A program made the position numbers and the translations under genes. The notes under the pieces are model-generated. The model did no database searches. It worked only from the letters and a program-made list of their open reading frames with translations, and was not told where the DNA came from. A DNA stretch of 61,839 nucleotides, the filler included. It is 5 parts of 5 records of this genome, joined end to end, with 100 filler letters (N's around TTAATTAATTAA, not from the genome) between each part and the next. Parts side by side here need not be neighbours in the genome. Positions count along the whole stretch, not along the records: positions 1 to 16,814 come from SRR20825010_900; 4 more parts are not named here. One strand, given 5' to 3'. How positions within the stretch are numbered: the first letter of the stretch is position 1; each line of letters starts with the position of its first letter. Of this stretch, positions 1 through 10,278 are shown piece by piece.

Positions 1-1
1 G

Positions 2-1201
2 AACGCGAATTTTCTGAAGACCATGGGCTATAGCCTTGAGGAAATTCAGGGGCGGCATCACTCGATGTTTGTCGATGACGCGGTCAAGCAGAGTGCGGAA
101 TACAAGGCGGCCTGGGACGGACTCAGGGCTGGAAAGTATCTGGGCGGCGAGTTCCGGCGTCTGCGCAAGGACGGTAACGGAGTCTGGATCCAGGCGACCT
201 ACAATCCGGTTATGGATGCGAGCGGCAGGCCCTACAGAATCATAAAGTTTGCAACCGACATCAGCGAGCAAAAGCGCCGCACCGTGGATTACGAGGGGCA
301 GATCAACGCCATTCATCGATCCCAGGCCGTCATCGAGTTCAACTGTGATGGAACGATCATCACAGCCAACAAGAATTTTCTGAAGACCATGGGCTACAGC
401 CTTGAGGAAATTCAGGGGCGTCACCACTCGATGTTTGTCGATGAGGCGGAAAAAAACAGCGCCGAGTACAAGGAGTTCTGGGAGACGCTCAATCGTGGAG
501 ACTACCACGCGGCGGAATTCCGGCGGATCGGGAAGGGCGGGCGTGAGGTCTATATTCAGGCGTCCTACAATCCGATCATGCGGCCTTCCGGCGCCCTGGT
601 GAAGATCGTCAAGTTTGCGAGCGACGTGACAAGCGATGTCGTTGCCCGCAAACAGGCCGAATATATCCGCTCCCTGCTTGAGGAAACGGCGTCCGGCGCG
701 GAAGAGCTTTCAGGGTCGGTCCAGGAAATCGCGGAAAGCATGGAGAACACCCGCAGCGTCTCGACCGAGGCGGCGGAGGAAGTTGTCCGTGTCGATAATT
801 CCGCCAAGCGTCTTGATGGAGCCGCGCAAGCGATGTCGGGGATCCTGGAGACGATCAACGATATTGCCGAGCAGATCAATCTGCTGGCGCTGAACGCAAC
901 AATCGAGGCCGCGCGGGCGGGTGATGCGGGCAAGGGCTTTGCCGTGGTCGCGGGAGAGGTGAAAAACCTCGCCAATCAGGCCCAGAGCGCAACCAACGAG
1001 ATCCGGGGCGAGATCGGCAACATGCTGTCGGTATCGTCGGATGTGGTTGGCGCGCTAACGGCGATCCGGACCCGGATCGACAGCGTTCAGTCGCTGGTCG
1101 CGGCAAGTGCGGCCGCGGTCGAAGAGCAAAGTGCCGTGACCGGTACAATGTCCACGAATATGCGGCGGGCGGTGGAAGAAGCCGAAAACCTGCGCGGATA
1201 G
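2..1201 (+). CDS. Soluble PAS-domain methyl-accepting chemotaxis protein (BdlA-like), 5' partial
   Basis: Frame is open from base 2 ([10 protein letters not shown]). Two tandem PAS/PAC repeats (GRHHSMFVD...QA(T/S)YNP), then an MCP signalling core ([31 protein letters not shown]). No TM segment visible. Confidence 0.92.
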   Translation, partial: NANFLKTMGYSLEEIQGRHHSMFVDDAVKQSAEYKAAWDGLRAGKYLGGEFRRLRKDGNGVWIQATYNPVMDASGRPYRIIKFATDISEQKRRTVDYEGQINAIHRSQAVIEFNCDGTIITANKNFLKTMGYSLEEIQGRHHSMFVDEAEKNSAEYKEFWETLNRGDYHAAEFRRIGKGGREVYIQASYNPIMRPSGALVKIVKFASDVTSDVVARKQAEYIRSLLEETASGAEELSGSVQEIAESMENTRSVSTEAAEEVVRVDNSAKRLDGAAQAMSGILETINDIAEQINLLALNATIEAARAGDAGKGFAVVAGEVKNLANQAQSATNEIRGEIGNMLSVSSDVVGALTAIRTRIDSVQSLVAASAAAVEEQSAVTGTMSTNMRRAVEEAENLRG

Positions 1202-1263
1202 GATCACGGCGCCAAAGGCCGCCGCGCGCTATCGGGTGCTTGCTGGTTTGGAGCTTTGTCCGC

Positions 1264-2820
1264 CTACCAGCGTGCCTCGAACGCCATGAACCGCTTCTCC
1301 AGCTCCACCTGTGCCCGCGCCTTGTCGCTGTTGCTGATGAAGGCCTTGCAGGGTGCCGCGTCGAAGCCGTTGGTGCATTCCCCGGCCAGTGTGAAAACGC
1401 GGAAATCCTGCCAGAGGGATTCTCCTGTGAGGAAACTCTTCTCCAGGCTTTGCCGCGAGAGCGTCTTGAGCACGCGGTAACCTAGATCATAGCGCTCGGC
1501 CGCGAGCTGGTACTGGCTTGCGAGATCGATGCGTTCCACGCCCTCGTCGTCGGTGGAGAGCATCACGGGGACGCCGGCTTTCAGATAGGTCGGGAAAGGG
1601 TGATCCTTGCCGGCAACGCCGAGGATCTGCTCGTTGCTGGAGAGATTGATCTCCACCGCGATACCGTCCTCCGCCATCCGTTTCAGCAGGGCTTCGCTGT
1701 CTTTTTCGAAGCCGATATCGATGCCATGCCCGATCCGCTGCACACCGGCGATCTCGACCGCTTCCCGGATATGGAAGGTGAGGTCCTTCAGCTCGGTCAC
1801 GCCGAGCCAGAGCTCGCCCGCATGGAGCGACAGGCCGACAGAGCTGTATTTCCGCTTGAAGTAGCCGAAGATCTTCATGTGCAGGGAATAGTCCCGGAGC
1901 GCGACGTGATAATCCTCCGGTGCGACGAAATTGACACCGACGCTGAGCTTTTCCCTGTCCGCGATCATGTAATGCAGCATGACCTGCGCGAAGGTGTTCT
2001 CCGGCGGCTGTGTCCGGATGCTCTGGCCGAGCTGGCGGAGGGTCACGGTACAGCCGGGTTCGGGCGTGCTCCCCGCGCAGCCCATCTGTTCCCGGGCACC
2101 GGCCATGGCGTCGTTCAGGATTTTGGCCCCGGCATCGACCTGTTTGGCGAAACCATGGTCGAGCAGTGCCTTCTCGAAGGCCGCAAGCTCGGCATCGCTG
2201 CCGCCTTTCAGCTTTTGCGTAACACCAAGGGTAGCCGGATTAACCCAGCCGAGGGTCATCATCGGCTCGACATAGACCACGTTCTGCAACGCCGCGTTCC
2301 GCGCGATCCAGGCCAGGCTTTCCGCCTTGTGATCGCCGGAGACGGCACCGAAGCGGGCGAATGTGGAGAAAAACTGGTCATGGCCCGAGCGCTGGTCCCA
2401 GAGCGGATTGGGTCTGAAATTGCGCATCGAGAGATTATCGGTGATGGCCGCGATACAACTGTCGCTCGTCGCGGCATCGCTCATGCGCACCTGGGTTGTT
2501 CCGCCGCAATCGGGCTTGGCCATCGGCGGGACATGGGCGCCGCATTCCGCAATCGCGCGGGCGCCGGGATCGTAACAAAGGTGGAGTTCCGGGTCCGCCG
2601 CCCAGCGAATATAGGCCTCGGCATAGACGGCGCCGGAGAGGTGGGTGTGCAGATCCGCGCCTTTCGGCATTGCCTGCAGGAAGGCGCGGGTCAGCGTGCG
2701 GTCGCCGCGAATGGCTTCGAAATGGGCGCTGGTGCGGCCCTCCGGGCTATCGGGTGAAATACCGGCGCAGCCGCCAAGCCACAGGGCAAGCGCCAGTATG
2801 ATCAAGGTGATCCGCATCAT
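1264..2820 (-). CDS. Adenosine/AMP deaminase family protein, predicted lipoprotein
   Basis: DLHTHLSG, LHAGE, RIGHG and STDD metal/catalytic motifs. Hydrophobic N-terminus ending in the lipobox-like LGGC. Confidence 0.88.
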   Translation of the reverse strand: MMRITLIILALALWLGGCAGISPDSPEGRTSAHFEAIRGDRTLTRAFLQAMPKGADLHTHLSGAVYAEAYIRWAADPELHLCYDPGARAIAECGAHVPPMAKPDCGGTTQVRMSDAATSDSCIAAITDNLSMRNFRPNPLWDQRSGHDQFFSTFARFGAVSGDHKAESLAWIARNAALQNVVYVEPMMTLGWVNPATLGVTQKLKGGSDAELAAFEKALLDHGFAKQVDAGAKILNDAMAGAREQMGCAGSTPEPGCTVTLRQLGQSIRTQPPENTFAQVMLHYMIADREKLSVGVNFVAPEDYHVALRDYSLHMKIFGYFKRKYSSVGLSLHAGELWLGVTELKDLTFHIREAVEIAGVQRIGHGIDIGFEKDSEALLKRMAEDGIAVEINLSSNEQILGVAGKDHPFPTYLKAGVPVMLSTDDEGVERIDLASQYQLAAERYDLGYRVLKTLSRQSLEKSFLTGESLWQDFRVFTLAGECTNGFDAAPCKAFISNSDKARAQVELEKRFMAFEARW

Positions 2821-2953
2821 CCGATCCTTCTTTGTGAAGCTGAAGTCAGAATATCCGCGGATTAAGCGTTATGCACGTTTATGTTGTCGGCTTGACGTGC
2901 TCCAGGCTGATCCTGTTTCGTCAGGTTCGGACCCCGTTCAGGCGTGGCCCCAT

Positions 2954-3343
2954 TCAGGCACGGCGGCGCATGCCGTCGATGCTCAGGGGGCCGGGTCCGG
3001 CGAAAACGAGATAGAGGAACAGGAAGCAATAGAGGATCGCTGCATCGCCGCCATTGTTCACCGGGAAGAAGTCACGCGGTGCGTGTGCGATCCAGTAGGC
3101 GAACGCCATCAGGCCAGAGGCGAGAAAAGCAGCGGGGCGGGTCAGGAAGCCGACGGCAATGAGTGCGCCGCAGATCAATTCTATGAGGCCCGCTGTCCAG
3201 GACATGGAAAACGTGGCGGGGGCGTGCCCTCCGGCGGGAAAGCCGAGGAGTTTCTGCGTGCCATGCGCCATGAAGATCAGTCCGGAGACTGCACGGGTAA
3301 TGCTGAGTATCGTAGGAGCCCAAGGCGTTAACTTGTTCCTCAT
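2954..3343 (-). CDS. DoxX family membrane protein
   Basis: Start moved to MRNKLTPW. HGTQKL, IELICGALIAVGFLTR and GPGPLSID motifs; about 4 TM segments. Confidence 0.88.
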   Translation of the reverse strand: MRNKLTPWAPTILSITRAVSGLIFMAHGTQKLLGFPAGGHAPATFSMSWTAGLIELICGALIAVGFLTRPAAFLASGLMAFAYWIAHAPRDFFPVNNGGDAAILYCFLFLYLVFAGPGPLSIDGMRRRA

Positions 3344-3453
3344 CTGACCCTGTTCCATCCATATGGGGTGAAGATTTCCGGGACCGTAACGCATTGCCCG
3401 GAGGCTGGCAAAAGCTGTCTTGGCCCTGTTTGACCCGGTGCTGCGGCCAGGGT

Positions 3454-3478
3454 GGAACCGCCTGCCCGGACGCACGTT
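3454..3478 (+). promoter_or_regulatory. EcfG/sigmaT general stress response promoter
   Basis: GGAAC-N16-CGTT, about 80 nt upstream of the DUF4112 gene. Confidence 0.6.
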
Positions 3479-3559
3479 TACCTTTGTGACGGCATGTTTG
3501 TTGTGACGGCATGCCTGCTGTGACCGTAAATCTGCCAAACCCGCGGCCCGGAGAGTGCG

Positions 3560-3961
3560 ATGCTTCATGAAAGATCGGCGAAAGTCTCAGAGACAGCCTC
3601 CGGGATAGACCGGGAGCGCGAGATCGAGCGCCTTGAAAATCTGGCCCATTGGCTGGACAGCCGGTTCCGGATCCCGGGCACCGATATCCGGTTCGGGCTG
3701 GACGCGATGGTGGGCTTGCTGCCGGGGATCGGCGATGGCGGGACGGCGTTGCTCTCCTTTTACATTGTCCACCAGGCACGCCGTATCGGCGCGCCCTTGC
3801 CCCTGCGTATCCGCATGACCGGGAATATTGTCCTTGATTTGCTGACCGGAGCGATCCCGCTGATCGGTGACGTCTTCGATCTCGGCTTCAAGGCCAATCG
3901 CCGCAACGTGACCCTGTTGCGGAAGCATTTTTCCGATGAAGGCTCTGGCTCTATTCCTTGA
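3560..3961 (+). CDS. DUF4112 family protein
   Basis: LDSRFRIPGT.IRFGLD...LLPGIGD and GAIPLIGDVFD...KANRRN signature. Confidence 0.88.
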   Translation: MLHERSAKVSETASGIDREREIERLENLAHWLDSRFRIPGTDIRFGLDAMVGLLPGIGDGGTALLSFYIVHQARRIGAPLPLRIRMTGNIVLDLLTGAIPLIGDVFDLGFKANRRNVTLLRKHFSDEGSGSIP

Positions 3962-5378
3962 TCCCGGATCGGGAGCTGTCGTCAGGATCAGGCAACAGAT
4001 CTTCTTCCGCTTCGGGAATGTCGGCGGAGGAAGCGTGGCGCTCCAGCGAGTCTGTCTCGTTTTCCAGATCGCCTTCCGACATGGTCACGGCAACGCCGGA
4101 TTCGGTGCTCTCTGCTGGTGCGCTTTCCTGAGCCGGCCCGGGCGCTGCCGGGGAGCCGTCCATCGAGATCACCGGGACACCCTGGGGAAACACGATTTCG
4201 CGGGCTTCGTCGGGCATCGAGATATTTTCCTCGATCAACGCCTTCTTGACCAACCTCAAGAGGGCGGATCTGATTTTGAAGACTGAATAAGCCCTGCCGT
4301 CGAACCAGAAATAGGCCCGCAGATTCACGGTGGCGCTGCCGAGGGAGTCGACCAGAACAAGTGGCTCCTCCGGTTCTTCCAGCACTGCGGCATGGTCGAT
4401 GAGAACCTTGCGGATGATCTCCTGGGCGGCGGCGATCGAGACATCGTAACCGATGCCGATCGACAGGAATTCCTGCCGGGCCGGGGCCGCGCTGTAATTC
4501 ACGATGGTGTTCTTGAACACCGTCGCGTTCGGGATCTGGATGTGATTGCCCTCGCGGGACATCAGCAGCGTGCTGCGGGTATTCATGCTCTGAACCGTGC
4601 CTTCCTGTCCGCCGACAGCGATGTAATCACCACGCCGGAACGGCTGCCGGATGCTGAGCAGGAGGCTCGCCAGGAAGTTTTCGGCAATGTCCCGGAAAGC
4701 GAAACCGACAATGATGCCCGCCACCCCGGCGCCGCCCAGGATCGACAGGGCAAGCTGGGTCAGCCCCGCGACCTGCAGGACGATATAAAGGCCGATCAGG
4801 AAAACCGGGATCGCGGCGACGCGCGCGATAACGCTGCGCAGGAAGGGGGAGCCGACCCGCGCGCGCAATATCCACTCGATCAGGCGGGCGACGAATATGG
4901 CGGCGTAAAAGGCCAGCGGCAGGATCACCAGCGCCAGAACGATCAGCGGCAGGCTGGCAAGACCGTTGCGCAGGAGTGTTGTGATCTCGGAAATGGCCGG
5001 CCGGAAGGTCCAGTCGATTTCGGGCCTGACGGATATCCGGTTGACGACGGCGACCACATCCTGGGTCTTGGATGCAAGATCACGGGCCCAGGCGCGGTGC
5101 TCGTCCGATCCGGCAATGCCGTCCAGAAAGACGACACCGTCGGTGGCTTCCACCTCGATATCGGGATACCAGCCCGTCGCGTGCAGGATATTTTCGATCC
5201 GCGTGGCGATTTCATCGTCGCGCGCCACCGGGGTGACGGCAACTGCCTGCGCCGCCGCGGTCACGTCACCGGATGGGGCGGAGGCGTCCTGGGCACCCGC
5301 CGGGCCGGCCGGGGCCATAAGACAAAGCATGACGATAGCGAGTATCGCGGCCATGGCCGTCCGGCGCGGGATGATCAT
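3951..5378 (-). CDS. MscS-family mechanosensitive channel with N-terminal BON domain
   Basis: Start moved to MIIPRR, overlapping the yqaE stop. Signal peptide, BON-like DGVVFLDG...VVAVVNRI, and MscS core GFAFRDIAENF...PFRRGDYI...IPN. Confidence 0.85.
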   Translation of the reverse strand: MIIPRRTAMAAILAIVMLCLMAPAGPAGAQDASAPSGDVTAAAQAVAVTPVARDDEIATRIENILHATGWYPDIEVEATDGVVFLDGIAGSDEHRAWARDLASKTQDVVAVVNRISVRPEIDWTFRPAISEITTLLRNGLASLPLIVLALVILPLAFYAAIFVARLIEWILRARVGSPFLRSVIARVAAIPVFLIGLYIVLQVAGLTQLALSILGGAGVAGIIVGFAFRDIAENFLASLLLSIRQPFRRGDYIAVGGQEGTVQSMNTRSTLLMSREGNHIQIPNATVFKNTIVNYSAAPARQEFLSIGIGYDVSIAAAQEIIRKVLIDHAAVLEEPEEPLVLVDSLGSATVNLRAYFWFDGRAYSVFKIRSALLRLVKKALIEENISMPDEAREIVFPQGVPVISMDGSPAAPGPAQESAPAESTESGVAVTMSEGDLENETDSLERHASSADIPEAEEDLLPDPDDSSRSGIKE

Positions 5379-5536
5379 GACCGCTTGGCGATCACCCAAA
5401 CCCCATGAACGATGCCGGGGATGTATCCGAGGATCGTCAGCAGGATGTTCAGCCAGAAATGACCACCGATACCGACGGTCAGAAAGACGCCGAGAGGCGG
5501 CAGAAGGATGGTCAGAAGCAATCGGAGCAAGGTCAT
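5375..5536 (-). CDS. YqaE/Pmp3 family stress proteolipid (53 aa)
   Basis: LLTILLPPLGVFL...FWLNILLTILGYIPGIVHG; GGGGAGAG RBS upstream. Confidence 0.9.
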   Translation of the reverse strand: MTLLRLLLTILLPPLGVFLTVGIGGHFWLNILLTILGYIPGIVHGVWVIAKRS

Positions 5537-5573
5537 GTTGCTCTCCCCCAGGAAATGTTCCAGTTCCCATAAT

Positions 5574-5598
5574 AACGCAGTTCTGGCGATTTGGTTCC
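5574..5598 (-). promoter_or_regulatory. EcfG/sigmaT general stress response promoter
   Basis: Minus-strand GGAAC-N16-CGTT, 37 nt upstream of the yqaE ATG. Confidence 0.65.
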
Positions 5599-5736
5599 CC
5601 GAATGGGCGCAAAGGAGTTTTGGCGAGGCTGTCTGTGCCTGCTCTTCTGCCGGTCTTCCGCAAAGAGCCTCTTGCCAGCCGGGCAGCATTGCCGTCGAAT
5701 GGGGGAGCCACCTCACCAGCCTCTCCCTGGATTGAC

Positions 5737-7002
5737 ATGACTGACGAAATAGCGGCTCTCAAACGGGAGCTCTGCCGCATGGTCGATGACCGGCGCGACG
5801 AGTATATCGGCCTTCTCCGTGACTTCCTGCGCATCCGCAGCGCCAACCCGCCGGGCGACATGCGCGAGGCGGCGGCCTTTGTGCGCGGCGTGCTTGACGG
5901 GTTCGGTGTGCCGCACAGGACGCTCGCGGCCCGTGACGACATGCCGAACATCGTTGGCCGCTGGGAGAGCGGGACGCCGGGCCGTACCCTGGTGCTGAAC
6001 GGACATATGGATGTGTTTCCGGTCAGCAAGGAGACGCTCTGGGACGCGGAGATTGTCGGCGACCGGATCGTGGCCCGTGGCGCTTCGGACATGAAAACCG
6101 GAACACTCGCTTCGATCCTGACCTATGGCCTTCTGCATCCTTACCGGAACTGGCTTGCCGGTAATCTCACCCTGACCGTGGTCTCGGACGAGCAGTCCGG
6201 CGGCCGCTATGGCACCCGCTATCTGTTCGAGGAACATGAAGGCGAAATTTCAGGCGATTGCTGCCTGAACGGGGAGCCGAGCGGGCTGTCCACTCTGCGG
6301 TTCATGGAGAAAGGCACCCTGCGCTTTGCCCTGACAGCCTGCGGGCCGGGCGGCCATGGCGGCTATCCGCACCGGGCGCACAATCCGATCGAGCAGATCG
6401 TGAAGGCGGTTCACGCCATCTATGAGCGCTTTCACCTGAAGCTGGCGGACCTGCCGCCGGAATTCGACACCATCCTGACGTCTCCCGACTCCGTCGCTGC
6501 CGCCGATGCCGCGCTCGGCAAGGGGGCTGCGGAAAATGCATGCCGGATCACCGTCAATGCCGGGATCATTGAAGGCGGGGCCAAGGCAACGCAGATCCCG
6601 ACGGACTGCGCCGTCCATCTCGACATGCGCTATCCGGTGGGCGTGGAGTGCGGCGCGATGCGGCGTGAGCTGGAGGACATTGCGGCGGCCAATGGCTGCA
6701 CCATGACGGTCAACGAGGACCACAGCTATCCCGCCAGCAGCACGGACCCGAATGGCGAGATGGCGACGATCCTGCGCGGCAATATCAAGGATCTCACCGG
6801 CAACGACGCACCGCCCGTCTGCAGCCTCGGCGGCACCGACGCGCGCTACTGGCGCTGGCGCGGCATTCCGGCGGTGATCTGCGGGCCGTCCAATCTCAGC
6901 ATGGGCACGGATGGGGAGCATGTGACGCTTGATGAAGCGATCACGGTCTTCAAACTGCATCTCTGCTGTGCCGCGGACTATCTGGGCGCGGGCGCAAGGT
7001 AG
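5737..7002 (+). CDS. M20 family metallohydrolase (ArgE/DapE-like)
   Basis: Start at MTDEIAALK. LNGHMD, RGASDMK, SDEQ, NGEP, GGHG and GGTDARY motifs. Confidence 0.85.
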   Translation: MTDEIAALKRELCRMVDDRRDEYIGLLRDFLRIRSANPPGDMREAAAFVRGVLDGFGVPHRTLAARDDMPNIVGRWESGTPGRTLVLNGHMDVFPVSKETLWDAEIVGDRIVARGASDMKTGTLASILTYGLLHPYRNWLAGNLTLTVVSDEQSGGRYGTRYLFEEHEGEISGDCCLNGEPSGLSTLRFMEKGTLRFALTACGPGGHGGYPHRAHNPIEQIVKAVHAIYERFHLKLADLPPEFDTILTSPDSVAAADAALGKGAAENACRITVNAGIIEGGAKATQIPTDCAVHLDMRYPVGVECGAMRRELEDIAAANGCTMTVNEDHSYPASSTDPNGEMATILRGNIKDLTGNDAPPVCSLGGTDARYWRWRGIPAVICGPSNLSMGTDGEHVTLDEAITVFKLHLCCAADYLGAGAR

Positions 7003-7024
7003 CTCAACTGGTTGGACCCGGTCA

Positions 7025-8944
7025 TCACCCGTACTGGGACAGCACCTTGAACAGCTGGTCTATCGTGAAGGGCTTGGTCAGGACGTCGTTCATGCCTGCT
7101 TCCCTGAATTCCGCATGGCGCTCGACAAAAGCCTCCGCCGTGAGGCCGATGATGGGGATGTCGTTGTGGGACGCGGCGGCCCGGATTTCCCGGGTCGCTT
7201 CGATCCCGTCCATCTCCGGCATGTGAATGTCCATGAAAACGAAATCGGTCTCGCCCCGCATGACTGCATCCACAGCTTCGCGGCCATTTTCGACATGCCT
7301 GACGGTCTGCCCGAGTTTTTCGAGGACCGCCGTGACCACCATGGCGTTGATGGCATTATCTTCCGCCACCAGAACCCTGTAGACGGGGAGCGTCTGGTTC
7401 TCGCCGGCGGCGGCCAAGTTTGTCGCGTTCGAGCGTTCAAGATCTTCCTCGGTGACGATGCCGAATGGGATGAAGACGTCTATCGTCGTGCCTTCCCCGA
7501 GCGCGCTTTCGATCCCGATCCGGCCGCCCATCAGCCCGACGATCTGGCTGACAATGGCCAGTCCGAGCCCGGTGCCGCCGAATTTCCGGGTGATCGAGCT
7601 GTCTTCCTGGGTGAAAGCGTCGAAAATCGATGCCTGACGATCCGGTGCGACACCGGTGCCGGTATCGGTTACGGCGAAGTGGATGCCGCGTGTTTTTTCG
7701 GTAGCCGGCTCTGAGCCCTGTGCGGGGTCCTGACCGGATTCTGTGACCCGGAGCACGACGCTGCCTGCATCCGTGAACTTCACCGCATTGCTGAGAAGGT
7801 TCCAGAGAACCTGCCTCAGGCGGACGGGGTCGCCGCGCATGTGCGTGGGCGGCAGGATCGTGTATTCGCCCCTGATGGTCAGGCCTTTTTGCCCGGCGGC
7901 GGTCTGGAACGGGGTCATGATCGAGGAGAGCAGCTCCTTCAGATCGAATATCGTGTCTTCCAGTTCCATGGCGCCGGATTCGATCCGGCTCATATCCAGC
8001 ACGTCATTGATGATCGCAAGCAGGGTCCTGCCCGAGGCGACGATGTTGGAGACTTTCCGCTTCTGGTCCGGATCGAGATCGGTGTCTTCCAGAAGCTGCG
8101 CGATGCCGAGCACGCCGTTCAGCGGAGTCCGGATCTCGTGGCTCATGGTCGCCAGGAAGCCGGACTTCGCCTTGTTCGCGGCGTTGGCTCGCTCGACATA
8201 ATCATGGATGGAGTGGGACATGGTCTCCATGTCCCGGGCAAGGCGGCCGAGCTCGTCATTCGAATTTATGTCTATTCTGGAAATCGGTTCCTGACGGGCG
8301 ATGGATTCCGCGGCGAGCTTGAGTTTCAGGATCGGGGTGACGAGGAGGCTGCGGGACACCCAGGCGATCATTCCGGCGACGGCAAGAATGGATGCCAGGG
8401 AGACGATGATCGTCGCCAGCCGGATGTCCTCGACATCCTTGGAGACCACGGTTTCCGGAACCGTCAGAAAGACGACCCAGTCCCAGTTCGGCTTTGCGAA
8501 CCGGGTGGCGCTGAATACGGCGTCATCGCCGGGGGCCGCGTAATGAATTCCGGAAAGCTTGCTGGTAACACTGGAGGCAAGATCCCTCCAGCCGCCGGGA
8601 AAGGCTCCGTTCTCGCAGCCGCCACAGAACAGGGCTGTGCCGTCCCGGTTGAAAATCAGAACGCGCCGCCCGGTCTTCTCGCTGAGATCCCTGAAATCGG
8701 CTGTTGCCTCGGACTTGTATTGATCGACATAGGAGGCCAGGGCGTTCAGCCCCGTGGTTTCCAGAAGCCTGTAGCGGCGGTCGACGAACTGATCGATCGC
8801 GGCTTCGAGCCTCAGATTCATCGCCTGTTGCTCGGTCCGGTAGAGCACGTCCCTCGAATAGGTGAAGGACCAGTAGCCGAACGCGCCCGTTCCCAGCAGG
8901 ACGATGGGAATGATTGCGGCGATGAATTTCGTATAGAGGCTCAA
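7025..8944 (-). CDS. Hybrid sensor histidine kinase (2 TM, HAMP, HisKA, HATPase, REC)
   Basis: [37 protein letters not shown]; receiver AEDN...[10 protein letters not shown]...KP. Confidence 0.93.
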   Translation of the reverse strand: MSLYTKFIAAIIPIVLLGTGAFGYWSFTYSRDVLYRTEQQAMNLRLEAAIDQFVDRRYRLLETTGLNALASYVDQYKSEATADFRDLSEKTGRRVLIFNRDGTALFCGGCENGAFPGGWRDLASSVTSKLSGIHYAAPGDDAVFSATRFAKPNWDWVVFLTVPETVVSKDVEDIRLATIIVSLASILAVAGMIAWVSRSLLVTPILKLKLAAESIARQEPISRIDINSNDELGRLARDMETMSHSIHDYVERANAANKAKSGFLATMSHEIRTPLNGVLGIAQLLEDTDLDPDQKRKVSNIVASGRTLLAIINDVLDMSRIESGAMELEDTIFDLKELLSSIMTPFQTAAGQKGLTIRGEYTILPPTHMRGDPVRLRQVLWNLLSNAVKFTDAGSVVLRVTESGQDPAQGSEPATEKTRGIHFAVTDTGTGVAPDRQASIFDAFTQEDSSITRKFGGTGLGLAIVSQIVGLMGGRIGIESALGEGTTIDVFIPFGIVTEEDLERSNATNLAAAGENQTLPVYRVLVAEDNAINAMVVTAVLEKLGQTVRHVENGREAVDAVMRGETDFVFMDIHMPEMDGIEATREIRAAASHNDIPIIGLTAEAFVERHAEFREAGMNDVLTKPFTIDQLFKVLSQYG

Positions 8945-10011
8945 TTTCCGGGGCCTTGTTGATAAAAAACATTGTCTTGCGCCAGCTCCAGAACGCCGGA
9001 GGGAATGACGGCGCCAAGTCTGGTGGCGGTTGAGATGTTTACGCCGGCAACAAATCTGCTTGGCCGGGTCACCGGAATATCACCGGCATTAATGCCTGAC
9101 AGAATGGCGCTTGCCGCTTCGGCGGCAGCCCTTCCGTTGAGTTCAGCGGTGGATTGCAGGACGATCATGGCGCCTAGGCGGGCATTTTGGATATCGCCGC
9201 TACTCACGATGGGCACGCCGGTGGTGATAATACCCTTTACGAAATCGACGTTGGATCGATTGGGGCCAGCCACCAACCAGAGGCCGTCCAGGGTATCCTT
9301 GTGTGCTTTGACAATATCCATCGCCAATCTTGTCATCTCGGCGCGACCCTCGGGACCGGGGATATACGGAAAGCCAAGGTCGACTAACTCCAGGACGGGA
9401 AACTGATGTGCCGCGGCACGTAACTGGGCAGCCTGGCTTATCGCGGACGGATATGTCGATCTCAGGATGCCTATGCGGAAAGGGGTATCGCGTTTCGCTG
9501 TCTGCAGGATCTGCGAAACCAGGGCGAGCTGTGATTCGACCGGGACAACATGGCTCTGGCCCGTGATGTTCGATTGGCTGGCCTTGCCCATTTCGCTGAT
9601 GAAACCCTCGCCGACCGGGTCCGTGACATACATGAAGAGCTGGGGGATTTTCGTGCCTTCCAGCAACTCCCGTCCGGCGCGCGTGGCGAGGGTGGCAATG
9701 GTCAGGACAAGATCCGGCGTGCCTTGATCCATCCTGGCTTTCAGCAACTCCTTGGCGCGCTTGGCACCACCGTAGGCATTCAGAATGGTGTAGGAGACAT
9801 TCACGCCGTCCTGATGCCCCAGTTGGCCCATTTCCAGCTGGAGCCATGTGGTCGATTTGTCCAGCAGGGGGGATGACAGGGTCTTGAGGATCACGACGTG
9901 TTTAAGCGTCTCGTCCGCGGGTGCGTTCGCCGGAAGCAGCAAAAAGCAGAAGCCTAGAATGAAAGATTTCAAGTATGTGCGCGTCGGTCGGCTCCCGGCT
10001 GAAGACATCAA
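8941..10011 (-). CDS. Periplasmic substrate-binding protein (ABC_sub_bind-like)
   Basis: Signal peptide; [21 protein letters not shown] and IPV...[14 protein letters not shown] motifs; 4-nt overlap with the kinase start. Confidence 0.75.
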   Translation of the reverse strand: MMSSAGSRPTRTYLKSFILGFCFLLLPANAPADETLKHVVILKTLSSPLLDKSTTWLQLEMGQLGHQDGVNVSYTILNAYGGAKRAKELLKARMDQGTPDLVLTIATLATRAGRELLEGTKIPQLFMYVTDPVGEGFISEMGKASQSNITGQSHVVPVESQLALVSQILQTAKRDTPFRIGILRSTYPSAISQAAQLRAAAHQFPVLELVDLGFPYIPGPEGRAEMTRLAMDIVKAHKDTLDGLWLVAGPNRSNVDFVKGIITTGVPIVSSGDIQNARLGAMIVLQSTAELNGRAAAEAASAILSGINAGDIPVTRPSRFVAGVNISTATRLGAVIPSGVLELAQDNVFYQQGPGN

Positions 10012-10278
10012 AAGTACCCTAATGATGGCTAATTATTTTTAGACTGAACCTTTACGATTGTACGGGCTTCACGAGAAATGCAAAGCACGGAGCTGTGCGC
10101 TGCCCGAAATCAAGAGGGTAGGCTGATCATTGCCGGTGACGCTATCCCGAATCAGCCGGCTCCGGCTGCTTCCTGATCGGCATTCCGGTGTTGCCGATCC
10201 AGCGGCTGCGAAGCCGGCCCCGTTTCTGTAGGCTATACATGTTTCACCCCCGCCCCAAACGTCTCCGCGAGTGATGAT

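Noticed and set aside
1600-2757. Long antisense ORFs (also 7841-8962, 14745-16019, 40119-41393, 53771-54703)
   Set aside because: They shadow well-supported genes on the opposite strand and have no motifs, as expected from codon bias.
4966-6092. Long overlapping N-terminal extensions of the 713-aa and 678-aa ORFs
   Set aside because: High-GC read-through; the real starts (5378, 5536, 5737) give compact, recognisable genes.
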